From IMG/VR virus record IMGVR_UViG_3300028833_000066: 64,000 bases of DNA, one strand, 5' to 3'. Positions 1 to 13,424 of the stretch are shown here, in pieces. The notes under the pieces are model-generated. The model ran no database searches. It was not told the DNA's origin and saw only the letters and a list, made by a program, of their open reading frames with translations. The first letter of the stretch is position 1. Each line of letters begins with the position of its first letter. Both the position numbers and the translations under genes were made by a program. The DNA is from a virus (taxonomy: Duplodnaviria; Caudoviricetes).

Positions 1-810
1 AGTTGAAGCGCCAGGAAAAACACCAAGATATTCTTTATTTATATCATAATAAGCATGTCTTTTATTGCCAGAAATATCACCGGTTGTAGTTATAGTGTAA
101 GTTTGATTTGGGATTACTTCGATATAATCACTTACGCTCATGCCTGATTGAGCCGTTAATTCTCCGGAGCCATTAATGCGCCGATAATTAGTAACGGTGC
201 TTTTATCAAACTTATTCTTCCCCAATACTCCGAACTCGTAGTCTGTTGTGGAGCCGTGGTAGGGTTCGTAGGCAATCGGATTATCCGTGCCTTCTATAAG
301 CATCATCTTACGTTGAGTAACATATTCTGGTGTAATTGTTGTGCCGCCGTTTGAATTACTAATCTGGACAGCAATATACGCAGTAGAAGACCAAGTCGCA
401 TTGACTTTTACATATTGAACTTGATTGCCATGAGTTCTTCTAAGAAAGTTTCCATTTGCATCGTATTCAATAATACTCATACTATTAGGCCGCTCAGCCA
501 TTGCAATAAGCGTAAACGATGTGCTGTTTACTCTAATTTTCTCAGAAATGCAACCATATTTAGCACCAGTATCAACATTGCCACTACCATTAGTCCAGCA
601 AGAATATATTATAGAGTTTTCGTTGAACAAATTGCTTTGACTCTACTCAACTTCCACTCCATCCCATCCCACAATCTCTCTCACATTTTTCGGACTAGGG
701 TCGCCTTCGCCCAACTGCTTCGGGCTAAAATGAACTTTCAAGCTCCTAATCGTGGCTTCAGTCGGACAATGGAATGATGCCACAGGCCCGCTATATTTTA
801 CAGTGCCCAT
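1..810 (-). CDS. Tail fibre/baseplate-associated protein (3' end runs off window; 1 TAG read as Gln)
   Basis: Missed by the ORF track. ATG at 810 overlaps the upstream stop; MGTVKYSGPVASFHCPTEATIRSLKVHFSPKQLGEGDPSPKNVREIVGWDGVEVE-TAG(643-645)-SQSNLFN... is open to position 1. PSPxNVRxIxGW and YEPY motifs are typical of gut-phage tail proteins. Confidence 0.75.
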
Positions 811-3686
811 GACATCACCGCCCCATAAATACCATCAGTTACACAAATTTCATATATTTTGTTAGTTTCAAGTGAGGTTGGGTCAAACCACTCGGGGAAC
901 TTTACAGTTGAAGGTATAGTTAAAACAGTTACGGTGCTGCCGCTAGTAAAGCGAACAATTGAAATGCCACTAGCTGGCGGCGTGAAGTTCAACGAAGTAA
1001 CTTCGCCGCAAACGTAGCGTGTGTTCTCAACTGCCGTAATTGTTGGGGTTGTGCCACTAACATTGACGGTGCCGGTGGAACCATCTTGAATGCCGAGCAT
1101 GGATTTGATGGAGGCTTTGGCGGAGTCGGTATAAGTACCAACTGCGTTGGAGCTGCTTGTCATTGTCGTATCACCGGCTGCTTTAGCCAAACCATAAAAA
1201 ACTGCTTTATGCTGGTATCTTGGTGTTAAAGCGATATATTGGTTATCTCCGGCTTTAACTGTCGCATCATTGATTTGTGACAAAATAAGATACCCGCTAT
1301 CTCCATTTTGTGTTACGCCAAACGATTGGTTGACTCTACAAACGCCATAGTTTCCAGACCCTGATGCGCCTAATCTTGGAATCTCTGCTATGCCATCGCT
1401 AATTACAGATGTCCCATTCATCTGTACATCATGTGGGAATCCCTCTCCAACATTCGTTTCTTCACAATTCGCATTCGCCCCATCCGTAATAATCGCGGCA
1501 TCTTGTGCTATCGCGGCGGTTGCTTTATATAACTTACCATTTGCCGCGAACACTTCGCCAATTCCATAAGCCTGTGCCGCGGTCATGTTGGGGTTAGTAG
1601 GTGCAAGCATTTGGGATATGCCGAGCATGGATTGAATTGCTTCTTTTTGAGCATCGGGGTAGGTGCCAACTGTTGTGTTTGCAATGTCTTTCATGTCGGC
1701 TCCCGCGGCTTTGGCGAGGCCGTAGAAGGTGGCTTCGTGCTGATGTTTCGGCACTATTGGTTGCGAGCCGTTCGTTCCAGTTTTTACGCCATTAGAGTTC
1801 GATGCGTATATGCAGAGACTTCCGTCGGATGAAAAAATGTCAATACCATAAGAACGGTGCGGCTTAACTACTCCGACAGAGGACAGAGTGGCTTTCGGCA
1901 CATTCGCCACGCCGTTCTGCAACACGCTCACGCCGTTGACCTGCACATCCTGCACCGGAACTTCAGGTACTTCATTAACAGTAATAAAACCCGCATCATT
2001 AGTCAATTCCGCGGTTGTACTTGGAATATGTGTATCACTTGGTAATGCTCCAACTTCCACCGCAGTATAACTTGGCTTTGTGGCTGCTTTCGCCCATTGT
2101 GGAACTGTTGGATCTGTTTCTGTATAAGAAGTTAAGTAGCCACTATCATTATTTAATTCACTTACCTTAGTTGGTAATTCACTTTTAAGAGCATAATCAC
2201 TTAAATCAATCTGCGTATTACCAACCATTTCCCAGTTATTATTAATATATACATACTCATCATACACATCATTGGTTTCTCCAGTTTTAGGAACTAAATA
2301 AATAGTATGAGTATTAATATCCTATGTTGGAAGTGATTGAACAACTGCCATATCAAAAGAGTTGATATTACCAATTGCTGTGCTAATAGCACTAGTAACG
2401 GTTGCGTTTGATGGTACATCAAGCATTGTTTGGATGGCTTGTTTGGCTTCATTTGTATATGTGCCGACTGCGTTATCAGACGCAGATTGCGTTGAATCAC
2501 CAGCGGCTTTAGCTAGGCCATAGAAAGTCGCTTCATGTTCATTATAAGAAACAATTGGTCTATATTGTTCTGATCCATTCTTTATCTGTAAACTAGAAGC
2601 AGATTTTGTGGACAAAAACATATTGTTTATCATCTGTAAACCGCCATTACCGATAGTTACAACACCAAAACTAGATGAAGATGCGATCGGTATATTCGCT
2701 GTACCATCTTGCCCTAAAATACTTGTTCCATTGACCTGTACATCCTTCACAGGCACATCGTCATCAGTAATATAACCAGCATCATTTTCAAATTCACTTA
2801 CATTAGTAGGAATAGTTCTTACCAATGCATCCATCTAAATAACAGATGCCGCAGCACTATTAGCACTTGATGCCGCACTATTCGCTGATGAGCTGGCGGC
2901 CGAAGCACTATTTGAAGCCACAGTAGCGCTATCGCTAGCTGCCGCCGCACTTGCGGTCGCTTCAGCAGCCTTGTTAGTTGCCGTAGTTGCTGCCGCCTAA
3001 GCACCACTCAGCGCCGTCTACGCCGCTGTATTAGCCGCAATAGCGCTATTCATCGCACTAATTGCGCCAGCCTTAGCACTATCAGCAGCAGTCGCAGAAT
3101 CGCTGGCGGCAGAAGCACTTGTGCTGGCACTTGTTGCCGCGTCTTCTGCTCGACCCGCATCAGCATTAGCCGCAGTTGCCACTGCACTAGCACTTTGTGC
3201 CGATGCTTCAGCCGCGGTGGCACTATTTGCCGCATCTGCCTTAGCCGCATTAGTCTCGCTCATTGCCGCCAACACAATATTCAACTGCTCCGGCGCCATA
3301 GTAGAGGTAGGTGCATCATCCGCCGTCAATAACGCATCACCTGTCTATCTAATTTCACAAACAGGTAGTTTAAAAGCCGCATAATAAGAATCAATTTCTG
3401 TTCCATCTATTAATTTATCATCAACAATTACAGGGTCTTTATAAAACTTAATATCCCATACGTAATCACCGACTGGTAGATTAACTGTGTCAGCATGAGA
3501 GAACTCAATCTATAATGCCTCACCTTCAATAGTTACAATCTTTTCAAAAACTTTCTTCTATGTTTTCTAATCAAAGATTGTAAATACTGATACATCACCA
3601 GTCTAGGCCGTGGCTAGTAAAGGCACGGTAAAAGTTCCCGTATCACCGCGTGGAATAATTAAGCGTCGCTGTATCAGCCTTATCAT
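798..3686 (-). CDS. Tail fibre/receptor-binding protein, 962 aa, with Ala/Ser-rich linker and internal repeats (code 15)
   Basis: ORF pieces 3018-3329, 2322-2834 and 798-2267 share one frame with an ATG at 3686 and are separated only by TAG (about 9); LPT-TAG-DINTHTIYLVPK; three DVQ(V/M)NG...FYGLAKAAG repeat units. Confidence 0.85.
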
Positions 3687-3820
3687 AGCTATCACCCGAC
3701 CTTATTATTTATTATTAAAAAAATGGGGATGTACTATAAGCACATCCTCTAACATTTTCAGTCATCAGAGACCTCTAAATTGAAAGTGATAGCCATAACA
3801 AAAAGTTATGATATTTTCTT

Positions 3821-4240
3821 TCAAAACTTGTAATGAGGTTTCTCTTCGCCAAAGAATTTCCACCGCAGTAAATCATCAAGTAAAATACATACGGCAGATA
3901 ATACTAGCCACGCAAGGCTAAATGGAATACAGCATTGGTCAAAGAAGAAATGACCCCATGTATGGCTGTAATCCCATATATTCAATTGTAATATTTTATT
4001 TAATAGCACTCCCGCAAGTCCTTCTGCCATTGTTACCAAGCACATACCACAAATACACTATTTACGGAAAGACCATTCCCACGGAATAACTTCATTAAAG
4101 TTTCCAATGATTAGCCCAAGCGCGCCGCCGAGTACATACATTGTCCAATGAGTTGGATGGCCTTTCCAGATCCATTCAAGAAAAAAATAAATAGCGCCAA
4201 ATATTACAAAAATGGCGCTATTTTTTAAAAAATTCTTCAT
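3821..4240 (-). CDS. Membrane protein, putative ABC-transporter permease-like family (139 aa, code 15)
   Basis: 4058-4240 and 3821-4045 join in frame over the TAG at 4058-4060; four hydrophobic segments; WDYS motif. Confidence 0.7.
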
Positions 4241-4974
4241 TGCTGTAATGACTTCAAAACATCAGATTGATATTCTTCAGGTAGGGGCATACCATAGGTT
4301 ACTGCCGCTATCTCTTCAATCGTATCTAATGAATTGATATAATTTTTAAGTGCATTATAGTATGTAGTATGATAAATCTTAAATGCCGTAGCTTGCGTCA
4401 CTATTGCTTGCATTTCTGCGTTAGAATAGAAGCGGCAAATCTCGCCGTCGGCATGGTATGGAATTGCTTCCATACCATTTGCCGCCATTGAGGATAAGGA
4501 GATAAGATTTAGTTGGTCTTGAGTGGTAAGGGAGAAATGTTCTACCTTGCCGCCGAGTTCAATGTCAAAACCTGCTTCAATTACTTGATTGCAGGTGCGG
4601 GACATTTCGTTTATTTTTGAAGTGCGAACGAAGTCAATAGTCATTGCGGCGTCAGCATCAATATTTTCTACTGGCTAAACATCCGGCACATCTTCCTCTA
4701 CTACATAAACTTCATTAGTTTCTAGACTCTATTTCAATACATTATATTCTACTTCATCAATTTCACGAATATTAGCATTTATAAAAGTATAGCTATCTGT
4801 CATCAGAGGACGCATCCAACTATCTCTATATAAACTGCCATTAAGTTCTATATATTCACCAGTTTCTACATCCGCTGTAATTAATATATTATGTCTAGAA
4901 AAGAAGCGCGAGAAGTTAGAGTCAGTAGCGACTCCAACTATCTCATTATTTAATATAATTTTAAAATAACGCAT
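4237..4974 (-). CDS. Tail-fibre-associated protein (DUF4376-like C-terminus), code 15
   Basis: GGAGG RBS before ATG 4974; two in-frame TAGs join 4729-4992 to 4237-4644; HFSLTTQDQLNL...PYHADG...LKNYINSLDTIEEIAAVTYG. Confidence 0.7.
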
Positions 4975-4988
4975 AATCTCAACCTCCA

Positions 4989-7900
4989 TCATATAGCCAA
5001 GCTATATACGATACTGCTAGTAGCACTAGTACCACGATTAGTGCTATTAACGTTACCATTGGAGCTGACTTGAATAAATTTGAAACGTGTTTGCTGACTT
5101 CCGGATAGAATTGAACGAGTCCACCATCCAGTTGCGGCAACCCATCCACCAGTATTACCTGTCGGTAATTTCAACGCAGGATAATTTGTAGAAGTATCAG
5201 TTGCTAATGTGATACCAGTATTTACATCAGTACTATCTACATACATAAATGGATAAGACGCGCTGTCAGAATTAACGACAATCAAAATATCACCGCGGCG
5301 TAAAGCCTTGTTTTGACCCGCAAGTACTGAATAAGCATTTTCCGTAGTAGCGGTAAAATTCGCTACAATTTTCTAATTAAAGATTAATGGAATATGCGGG
5401 AAACGAATATTAGCATATTGCGCATTTCCAGTAATAGTCTCAAAAGTAGAGCTTGCGCCATCAAGAACTGTAAATGTAGAAGCTTTATACCATGGGAATG
5501 GACCATTTGCTTCTGAACCATAATTACTTGCTGTTTCAGAAGTCTCGCGTAATTCACGGAAAGTTGGCGCAAAGATAAAGTCCTAACTAGTTTTATCTTG
5601 CGTTGTGATATTAAAGCCAGTGGTCATATTTACATTCTAATATAATGCTTCACGATAGTGAACCGTCTTTAATGTCATTGCAGACTATAAAATAACCGGG
5701 AGACTATCAAAAATACGAGTATTATAGAATTTCCGCAATGTAGAATTTTCCCAACTAATAGTTGTAACATTTGGTGTAAAAGAAGATCTCATTGGTTCTG
5801 TAAACATACCTGCATCGGAAGCATTTAATGCTGTTAGCGCAATATTATCAATATTAGTACTGTGCGCCGTAGTATTTTCAGAATAGTCTGCTACTGCAAA
5901 AGTCATAGTCTCATGACACCAGTTGGCTAAGCGCTAGCATTCGCTACGGCCCAAATCTTTATCCCAATAAGAAGCCGCATAGATTGTACCATAAGCATTA
6001 ATATGCGTATTATCTGGATTAATTAAACCGCCTAATACTAATTCCGCGTCAGAGGTTAAATCGCCTGCTTGCCAATAAAGTGTGTTTACTGCGGCGTTCA
6101 TATCAACCTTAAATCCACTAGCGTCAGAACCGCTATATACATATAAGTTTTTACTGCCAGCCTCATGTCGTAATACAACAATATGCCGATATTCGGTATT
6201 ATTATTTATCACACAAATATTCATAGATGAACTAGTAGTAGAATCAGTATCACCAAAACCAACACGTGGTACACGTGATGTTCCTTCCTCACGAGGATCA
6301 TAATATAGCTTAAAGCCAACCGTTGTACCATTAATAGTGGCTAAACAGGAGGCCAATATGGCTTCAATTGCGCTTTCAGAGCTACGTGTTCCTAACTTAT
6401 AATCTAGCATTAATGTAAATCCTTTCTCTGAATCTGCGAAAGGCTTAATACCAGTACGATAAACTGCGGCTGTATTCGCATCAAATGTTCTCATGCTACT
6501 TAATGACCATGTTGCATCAGGGCCATTATAACCCATCTATAATGCAAATCTATCCATAAGACCAAATGCTTCAGACCCACGAATATCAGCTAAACGAGAT
6601 GCTAAAAATAGTTTTTCTTCAACTGGGAAATCATCATTAGCCATTTCATTCATGTAGTTAATATTAGAACGTTGTAGCCAATGGCCATAAATATCATATG
6701 TGCCGCCAATTTCTGTAGGCGCAATATTAGTTGGTGAAACCGTCCAGCCGTCAAAGATACGATAAGAACATGTTTTAGCTACAGTATTAGCGCTAAATCC
6801 ACGAACTGTCTCATATCCTGCGGTGCGCATTTCACGAATTGTTGGAGCTACAATATTTGCTCCACCGCCATAAGGCTGCGCCTATTCATCAGTAGTTTCA
6901 GCAACCGCATTCGCATCCTCTGGCTCCAAGAACCATCTAATTTTGTATAATTGAGGTTCGGTACTAAATGTCGCAATAACAGTTAATTCTTCGTCATTTA
7001 CTGGATAGTCATCACGAGAGGCTACCGCATTTTCTGCAGCAATAGAAGACGTATGACCTTCAATAGTCCAACCAGAGTTGCGTTGATAAGTGCCGCCAGA
7101 AAGTAAAGTACCAAAGATATATTTACTACGAATATTAGGTTCTTTAGTTGGCGCGGCTTCAATTAACTAATATTCTGGATCACTATTCCATGGATCAGGG
7201 AACGCAGTGCCGCTATTAATATAAGTCTCATAAATTTGCGCTCCTTTAGTAACAACATCACCAGTTTCATCATCTATTATATCAGCATATTTATATATAA
7301 TATGACTTTGATTAAAGATATTTGCATTAGAAGTATCCCAGTCAACGCCAGGCCAAGCATTACGATAATTCTTAATTTCTTGGCTACCTAAAGCACCATT
7401 GATTTTAATTTTACCAGTAATTTCAATATCTTTTCCATTATTACGCTTCTTAAGCAATTCTTGTAAAATAGTAGTAGAATTTAACTCCCAATTAATTCCA
7501 AGCAAAGAAGTAGCATTTAACGTATCTACAATATCTTCAACTATACTCTTAGAATCAATTCCATTTGTATTTTCACATACAAAACTACTGATATAATCAT
7601 TACCAGCAAGAGTTAAATTAGTTAAATCATATAAATTACGTAGACCCAAAGATGTTAATGTATTAGGCAAAATAGCTTCAATTAACTTACCATTGGTAGC
7701 AAAAGTAACACCACGTAATCCAGTATTTTCAGCATAAAGCTTTTGTAAATTAATACAAGAACTTAAATCAAGATTACTAGTTAATCCTGTACAATTACGA
7801 AGATTTAATTCTTCAAGTAATGGGTTATTTCCTAAACCAACACTTGCGATAACCGCATTTTCATATCCGGCAGTATTATTGCCAAGCACTAATTTGCGTA

Positions 7901-10900
7901 GTTTACGTGCTTTACTAAAGTTATTATCACGAATATAACATGCTGATAAATCGCTCAATTCTTGAATACGAGAAGCACCATAAATAACAATCTATAGTGT
8001 ACTTGGGTCATCAATAGTAGCAGGAGGCGTAATATCATACTCTTGTCCTGCTTTAACCCTTTGAGAAGTTGGTGCTACATTACCATACATAACACGTAAA
8101 TACATGTCAGAATATGGAACAATTTTTAGCGTATAATTTGCAGGAACAACCGCGGCCGAAGCTGCGCTAGGTACGCCCAAACGTAAGTCAATTGTGTCTT
8201 CCAAGACAGCCGCCTATAGATATTTAGTAGCCATATAAATTTCCATATCACGTTCAAACTGACGGCGTTGATAACGTTTGCGTCCATTAGCCATGTCTCG
8301 TAAGAATGTAACATTTTTTACGTATTCTTGAGTTGTAGGATTATAGCTACCATCACGATATGGTCTAATATATTTACGTTCAATATCTAGACGCCATAAT
8401 TCTTCTGGGAACTGATTTTGCCAAGTGTCAAACTCATCAATTAAATTTTGAGCATTCCATGCCTGAACACTAACAGTAGATGAATACATATTAGCTAATT
8501 GAGTGCCCATAAGTCCTCTAATGCGGCGCCAGAAAACACTGCGGCCGGCATTATAAAGTAAAGCACTTGATCCTTCAATAAAGTCAATATCTTCTTTACC
8601 ATATGTAATATTTAAAATACCAGAGTTATCAATACCCAATGCAGTATCATTATCATAATCCCATAAATCAAAACGATAGCCATTATTGATTGCGGCTGCC
8701 GCATTATTAATAGTATAATTTTCTGCATCAGCCCCCATCTCTTCTGCCTCAGCTTCAGTAATATATGTTTTACCAAAGTGCCAGAATGAGTTTTTCGCAC
8801 GATTATCAATCATACTATAACGTTCTGTAAAGACATACCAATACAATGGAGATTCAACAATAAACCAGTTACCTAATTCTGCGGCAAAACGATCGTCTGG
8901 ACAAGTTACAAACCATGTATACATCTCAATCCATTTTTCTTTGTTAAGACGTTGCTAAGCTTTAATTTCCGCCTTATCCATAGTTTCACCATCTTTTGTT
9001 CCCATGTCATATCGGAACTCAAAAGAAGAATCCCAATTGGTAATTACATCTTTCTCTTCACCGGTGTCTTTATCAATTTTAGTTCCTGACACGTATCCAT
9101 CAACGCTTAAAGATTTACGAGCAAGATTGTTCTCATTATTCCATTCATCAGCAGTAATAGGATACTTCATATACTCCATACCTAAGTTTTCATAAGTAGT
9201 GGTAGTATGCGTATCATCAGTCCAATATACACCAGTCTAGAACATAGAGTTTGGTAAATTATTATCAGAAATTTCCACAACAAACTCGTTCAAATCAGTT
9301 GGATCATTAACACGAGTATTGTCGGTCTTTTTAGAATCGCCAATATTACCAATACCATAGAAATGCCACTCATTGTCTAAGAACTCTCTGTGCGCAGACA
9401 TATCTTGGCTACTTTCCTTTATGAAAATAACACAATTCTAGAACTCCATGCTATTCTTTACACGCGAATCCCTACGCTGTGCGGGAGTTTTATATGGCAA
9501 ATAACGATTATAACGCTTCTATAAAAGTGCATTATTAGCATTTTCAGAAGAAGCAATATTAACTTTAATATTAAACCAACTATTTTCTACTGATGTATCA
9601 CTTAAATTAATTTTTGCGTCTGCTCCAGTAAGAATAGTACCGTCAGCAAATTCAACCCTTGAAACGTAACCTTGTACTGTATTTTCTGGTATTTTACTTA
9701 CAACTGTATGTGTACCATCAAAACCAAAAATAATATCAATATTACGGCCCGCAGCACCATAACGATTAGAACTAGTACCTTGTCCTACATGGAAACCATT
9801 TGTAAAAGTCCAGTTATCATGTGAACGTCCATTACCTTGACGACATGTTACAGTAGTATTCTTCACATAATCTGCCTTATCATTGGTAAAATAAGGAGCT
9901 TCAATACAAATTACTTTCAAATCTGGGCAAGCCGCGACTACCGATTCTGGAGTTAATTTACCTTCTGTGTCATAAATTTGATTACGATTATAACGATCAA
10001 GCATCTCTTCAGGAGTGACAGCATCAGCATAGAAATTCTTTAAAATATTAGCGTCAGTTAATGCCGCACGATACACCTTCAATCTATAAATTGCTACATC
10101 ACAATCATCAGAACCAATAGTGATTGGTACTGGTTCAGACTGTGTTAAAATATGATCGCTATTATAGAGTAATGGTCTGGCTCCAACGCCATCTTCATAT
10201 GTCATAATGATAGAATCGCCAGTGAGCGGACTAATATTATATTCAAATTCGATACGGTCGTCTTCACTGTATGGCTACATTAAACTATCAGCAGAAGTAT
10301 AAATTTTTGCTTCATGTGCCCGCATATCAATACCAATCGGAGTACCATTATTTTCTGAAATACAACTTAAAATCTAGGCATTAACATTACGGACTTGTGA
10401 TACTTTAAAAATACACTTAAAGTTTGCACCAGTATTCGCACTGTCTAAGCCGAATAAATTAAAGTTAACGGTTGCACGATTACCGGCTTTTACACAAAAG
10501 TAAGTATTGCCATCTGCGTCAATCTAGTAGCCGCCATTGTTTAAATCAAAACCCTTAGATAGTGTTATAGACGTAGTGCCCGATGTCCAAGCTACTACTG
10601 ATTCTCCCGCGGCAACATTAGTATTTATTTCTGTATTAGAACGCCCAGCCGGATTAAAATCAAAAGCTAAATTGTCAGTAATTGGAGCAATTTCTTCAGG
10701 CAATTCAGTAACATTAAGACTAATTGTTACTTTAGCACTTCCGCATTCAATAGATAATGTTTCTGTTCCTACAGTTGTCGCACGATAAGCCCAAATATTA
10801 TCCATTTTATCTACAGTAAATGTACTAATAACCTAATCATTGCGTTTTAATGTAATCGTTGGATATTTATTAACTGGATCATATACTGTATATGGAATAT

Positions 10901-13247
10901 TTAAAACGCCATACTATGTCACATTAATTTGACCATAACGATAAGAACACCCAAGTAATGGCGTAGTTGAATTCTCATCTACATACATAACATCTTTATA
11001 AATATGTGGAATTGGAGTTTCTAATTCCTTTCCACCAGCAGTAGCTGTTAAGTATGCTTCTAATAAATAAGTGCCATGTGGTTTTGCAGGTAATTGATAT
11101 GGAATATTAGTGCCAGCACTATCAGAAGTAACTGTGGGTAGAGCTGTACCATCTAAAATAACATGTACGGTTTTAGAAATACTGCCAGTAGTACTGTATA
11201 CAAAATTAACAGTGTCATTCGCAGTATAAGCATAACTTTCATTAAAGTTAGATGTCATACTAATATTAACACGTTGTATTGTCCAAGTACGAGTTACTAA
11301 TGTACCAGTCTCATCAGTAACACTTAATGTAGCACTACGCTAAGTACCAACTGGGCAATAATTAGTTAAATCAAATGTTTTAAGCCCGTTATAAATATTA
11401 CCAGTTTCTACGGTAGATCCTCCAATACGCCACGCATAAGTACCAGAATAGCTACTACCAGTATCTTCATCAGTAGAATTATATTCTACTGTAATCTCTA
11501 ATTTATCTTCACTTAGGGCAATTACTGGTGATTTTGTAATTGGTGTAACAGTCAAATTAGAAGTCGCACTTTGTCCGCCACCGCCGCCCATAATCTAAAA
11601 ACGACTAACAAGAATCGGGTTACTGTGGTCTGTATCAGTCTTATCAACTTCATATAAAGAGAACATATTTTCTTGTGTAACTTCTTCATTGTTAATTGTT
11701 TCGGTTACTTTTCCATAAGTAGCATAATATCTCTTATCATCTGCGCCAAGTCCAGCAACTGCAGTATCAATTAAATTATTAATTTGTGTATTAGAGTATC
11801 TATCGCCGCCAATTTTATAAAACTGACCACGTATATAGCGATAATGTTCATACGCCCCTATAGTAGAATTAAATAAATAATAATCCATTTCTTCTGAAGC
11901 GTCCGCAGCCTGCGGCAATACATTTACAATTTCAGCGCTATTATTACCAGTACCGCCGCCACCAGCACCGCTAATTAATTCCCAATTATTATTAATATAG
12001 CGCCAATAATAATATTTATCATCATCAGCTTGAATTAAATAATCAGCATTTGCAGATGGTGATTCAATATTTGGAATGTCATTAGTATAATTGCTACCAG
12101 TTGCTGGTTTATCAACTACAATAGTATCTTTACCTTCTAATGTAGTTACTCTTCCAGTTAAAGCAGTTAAATCTGCTGCCGCAGCCTTAGTTGCTAAAGC
12201 ACTATTAACAGTTTCAGCAACTGCTAAAGTGTCTAAACGAGCGTCTAGATTAGCACTTTCACCACGAGCAGTTACAACTTCTGTGGCAATATCTTCAAGA
12301 TCATTTAATCTATTATCAGCATCAATACCCTCTAATGCCGCAACACGGCCACTTAATGAATTACCTTCATTATCGCCAATAGAAGTTTCTAATGCATCAA
12401 TACGCTGTGTTAAACCGCCCTTATCATTTTCATCGTTTTCATCTTTTGTATGAGAAATAGCAGTTTCAAGTGTATCAATACGGCTAGAATCAAGCTGACC
12501 TACTTCTGCTTTTAAATCAGCAACATCTTGTTCTAAATCGCTTAAATAGTCTTCTAATGTCTCCCAAACATTATCTTCATCACTGTCTAATGCACTCTTT
12601 AAAGCGTTTTCTAAAACTGCAATACGAGCAGCTAGAGCAGTCAATGAACCACTATCAACATCACTACCAGTAATAGTCTCAATCGCGGCTTCAAGTGCAA
12701 TGAAACGATCATTTAAATTAATGCCATTAGAGTTATTATTTCTAGAACGTAAAACAGCTTCAATAGCATCAAATCTAGAATCTAATGAATCAACATAGTC
12801 ATTTGCTGGATTTACTAGTTCAGAACCAGTTCTGTGAGCGTTTTGTATTTCACTAGATAAACTAGAAATAGTAGCATCTGCGCCAATCGCTGTATTGATT
12901 TGTGTAGTCAATGATTGTGCAGTAGGAATACTACCTTCCATACTATTTAAACGTGCTAACATACTTTCATGACTACCTTTGGCAGTATCAAGCATGCTTT
13001 TAACATTTGTCATATCTTGAGTTAATCCAGTAATGTTAGGAACGTCTAAATCATCTATGGCTCGTGCTAATGTTTTTACTCCTTCAGTGGCATTAATGAT
13101 ACCGGTGTCTATATGATTTAATTTCTTTATCGTAAGTTTTTCACCAGGCACCCAAGTACCGCTTTCTTCATTCTGAAGGTCGCCTTCAGGATCGCCAGTA
13201 CCAGCCCTAGAATAACTTAAAACTTTTAATTCTTCAATCTCAGCCAT
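4989..13247 (-). CDS. Giant virion/tail protein, 2752 aa: N-terminal coiled coil, CotH-kinase-like domain, leucine-rich repeats, LamG-like region, C-terminal DUF6273-like domain (code 15)
   Basis: 14 ORF-track pieces are in the same frame, separated by about 21 TAGs with no TAA/TGA seen; motifs [10 protein letters not shown]...[27 protein letters not shown]; AAGGAGG RBS; ends at TGA 4989. Confidence 0.85.
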
Positions 13248-13357
13248 AAACCTTTACCTCCTTATAAAATCGCATCATAAGATGCGTACTCCCTTATGAG
13301 ATAGTATCTCATTTCATTGTATGTGTAATAGGTCCTATAACGACCTATACTTTTTTC

Positions 13358-13386
13358 TTGCCATCGCAGAAAATAATAATTATAAT
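13358..13386 (+). promoter_or_regulatory. sigma-A/70-type promoter of the endolysin
   Basis: TTGCCA-17bp-TATAAT, 38 bp upstream of ATG 13425. Confidence 0.6.
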
Positions 13387-13424
13387 TTGTATTTATGCCA
13401 CTCTTTTATAAGAGGTGAAGAAAT

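Noticed and set aside
4989-5150. DGR variable region at the WWTRS C-terminus of the giant protein
   Set aside because: No template repeat or reverse transcriptase seen in the window; cannot be excluded elsewhere in the genome
13310-13356. Phage late promoter GTATAG-N18-AC..ATA (also near 26015-26055)
   Set aside because: Only two loose instances, too few to support a motif
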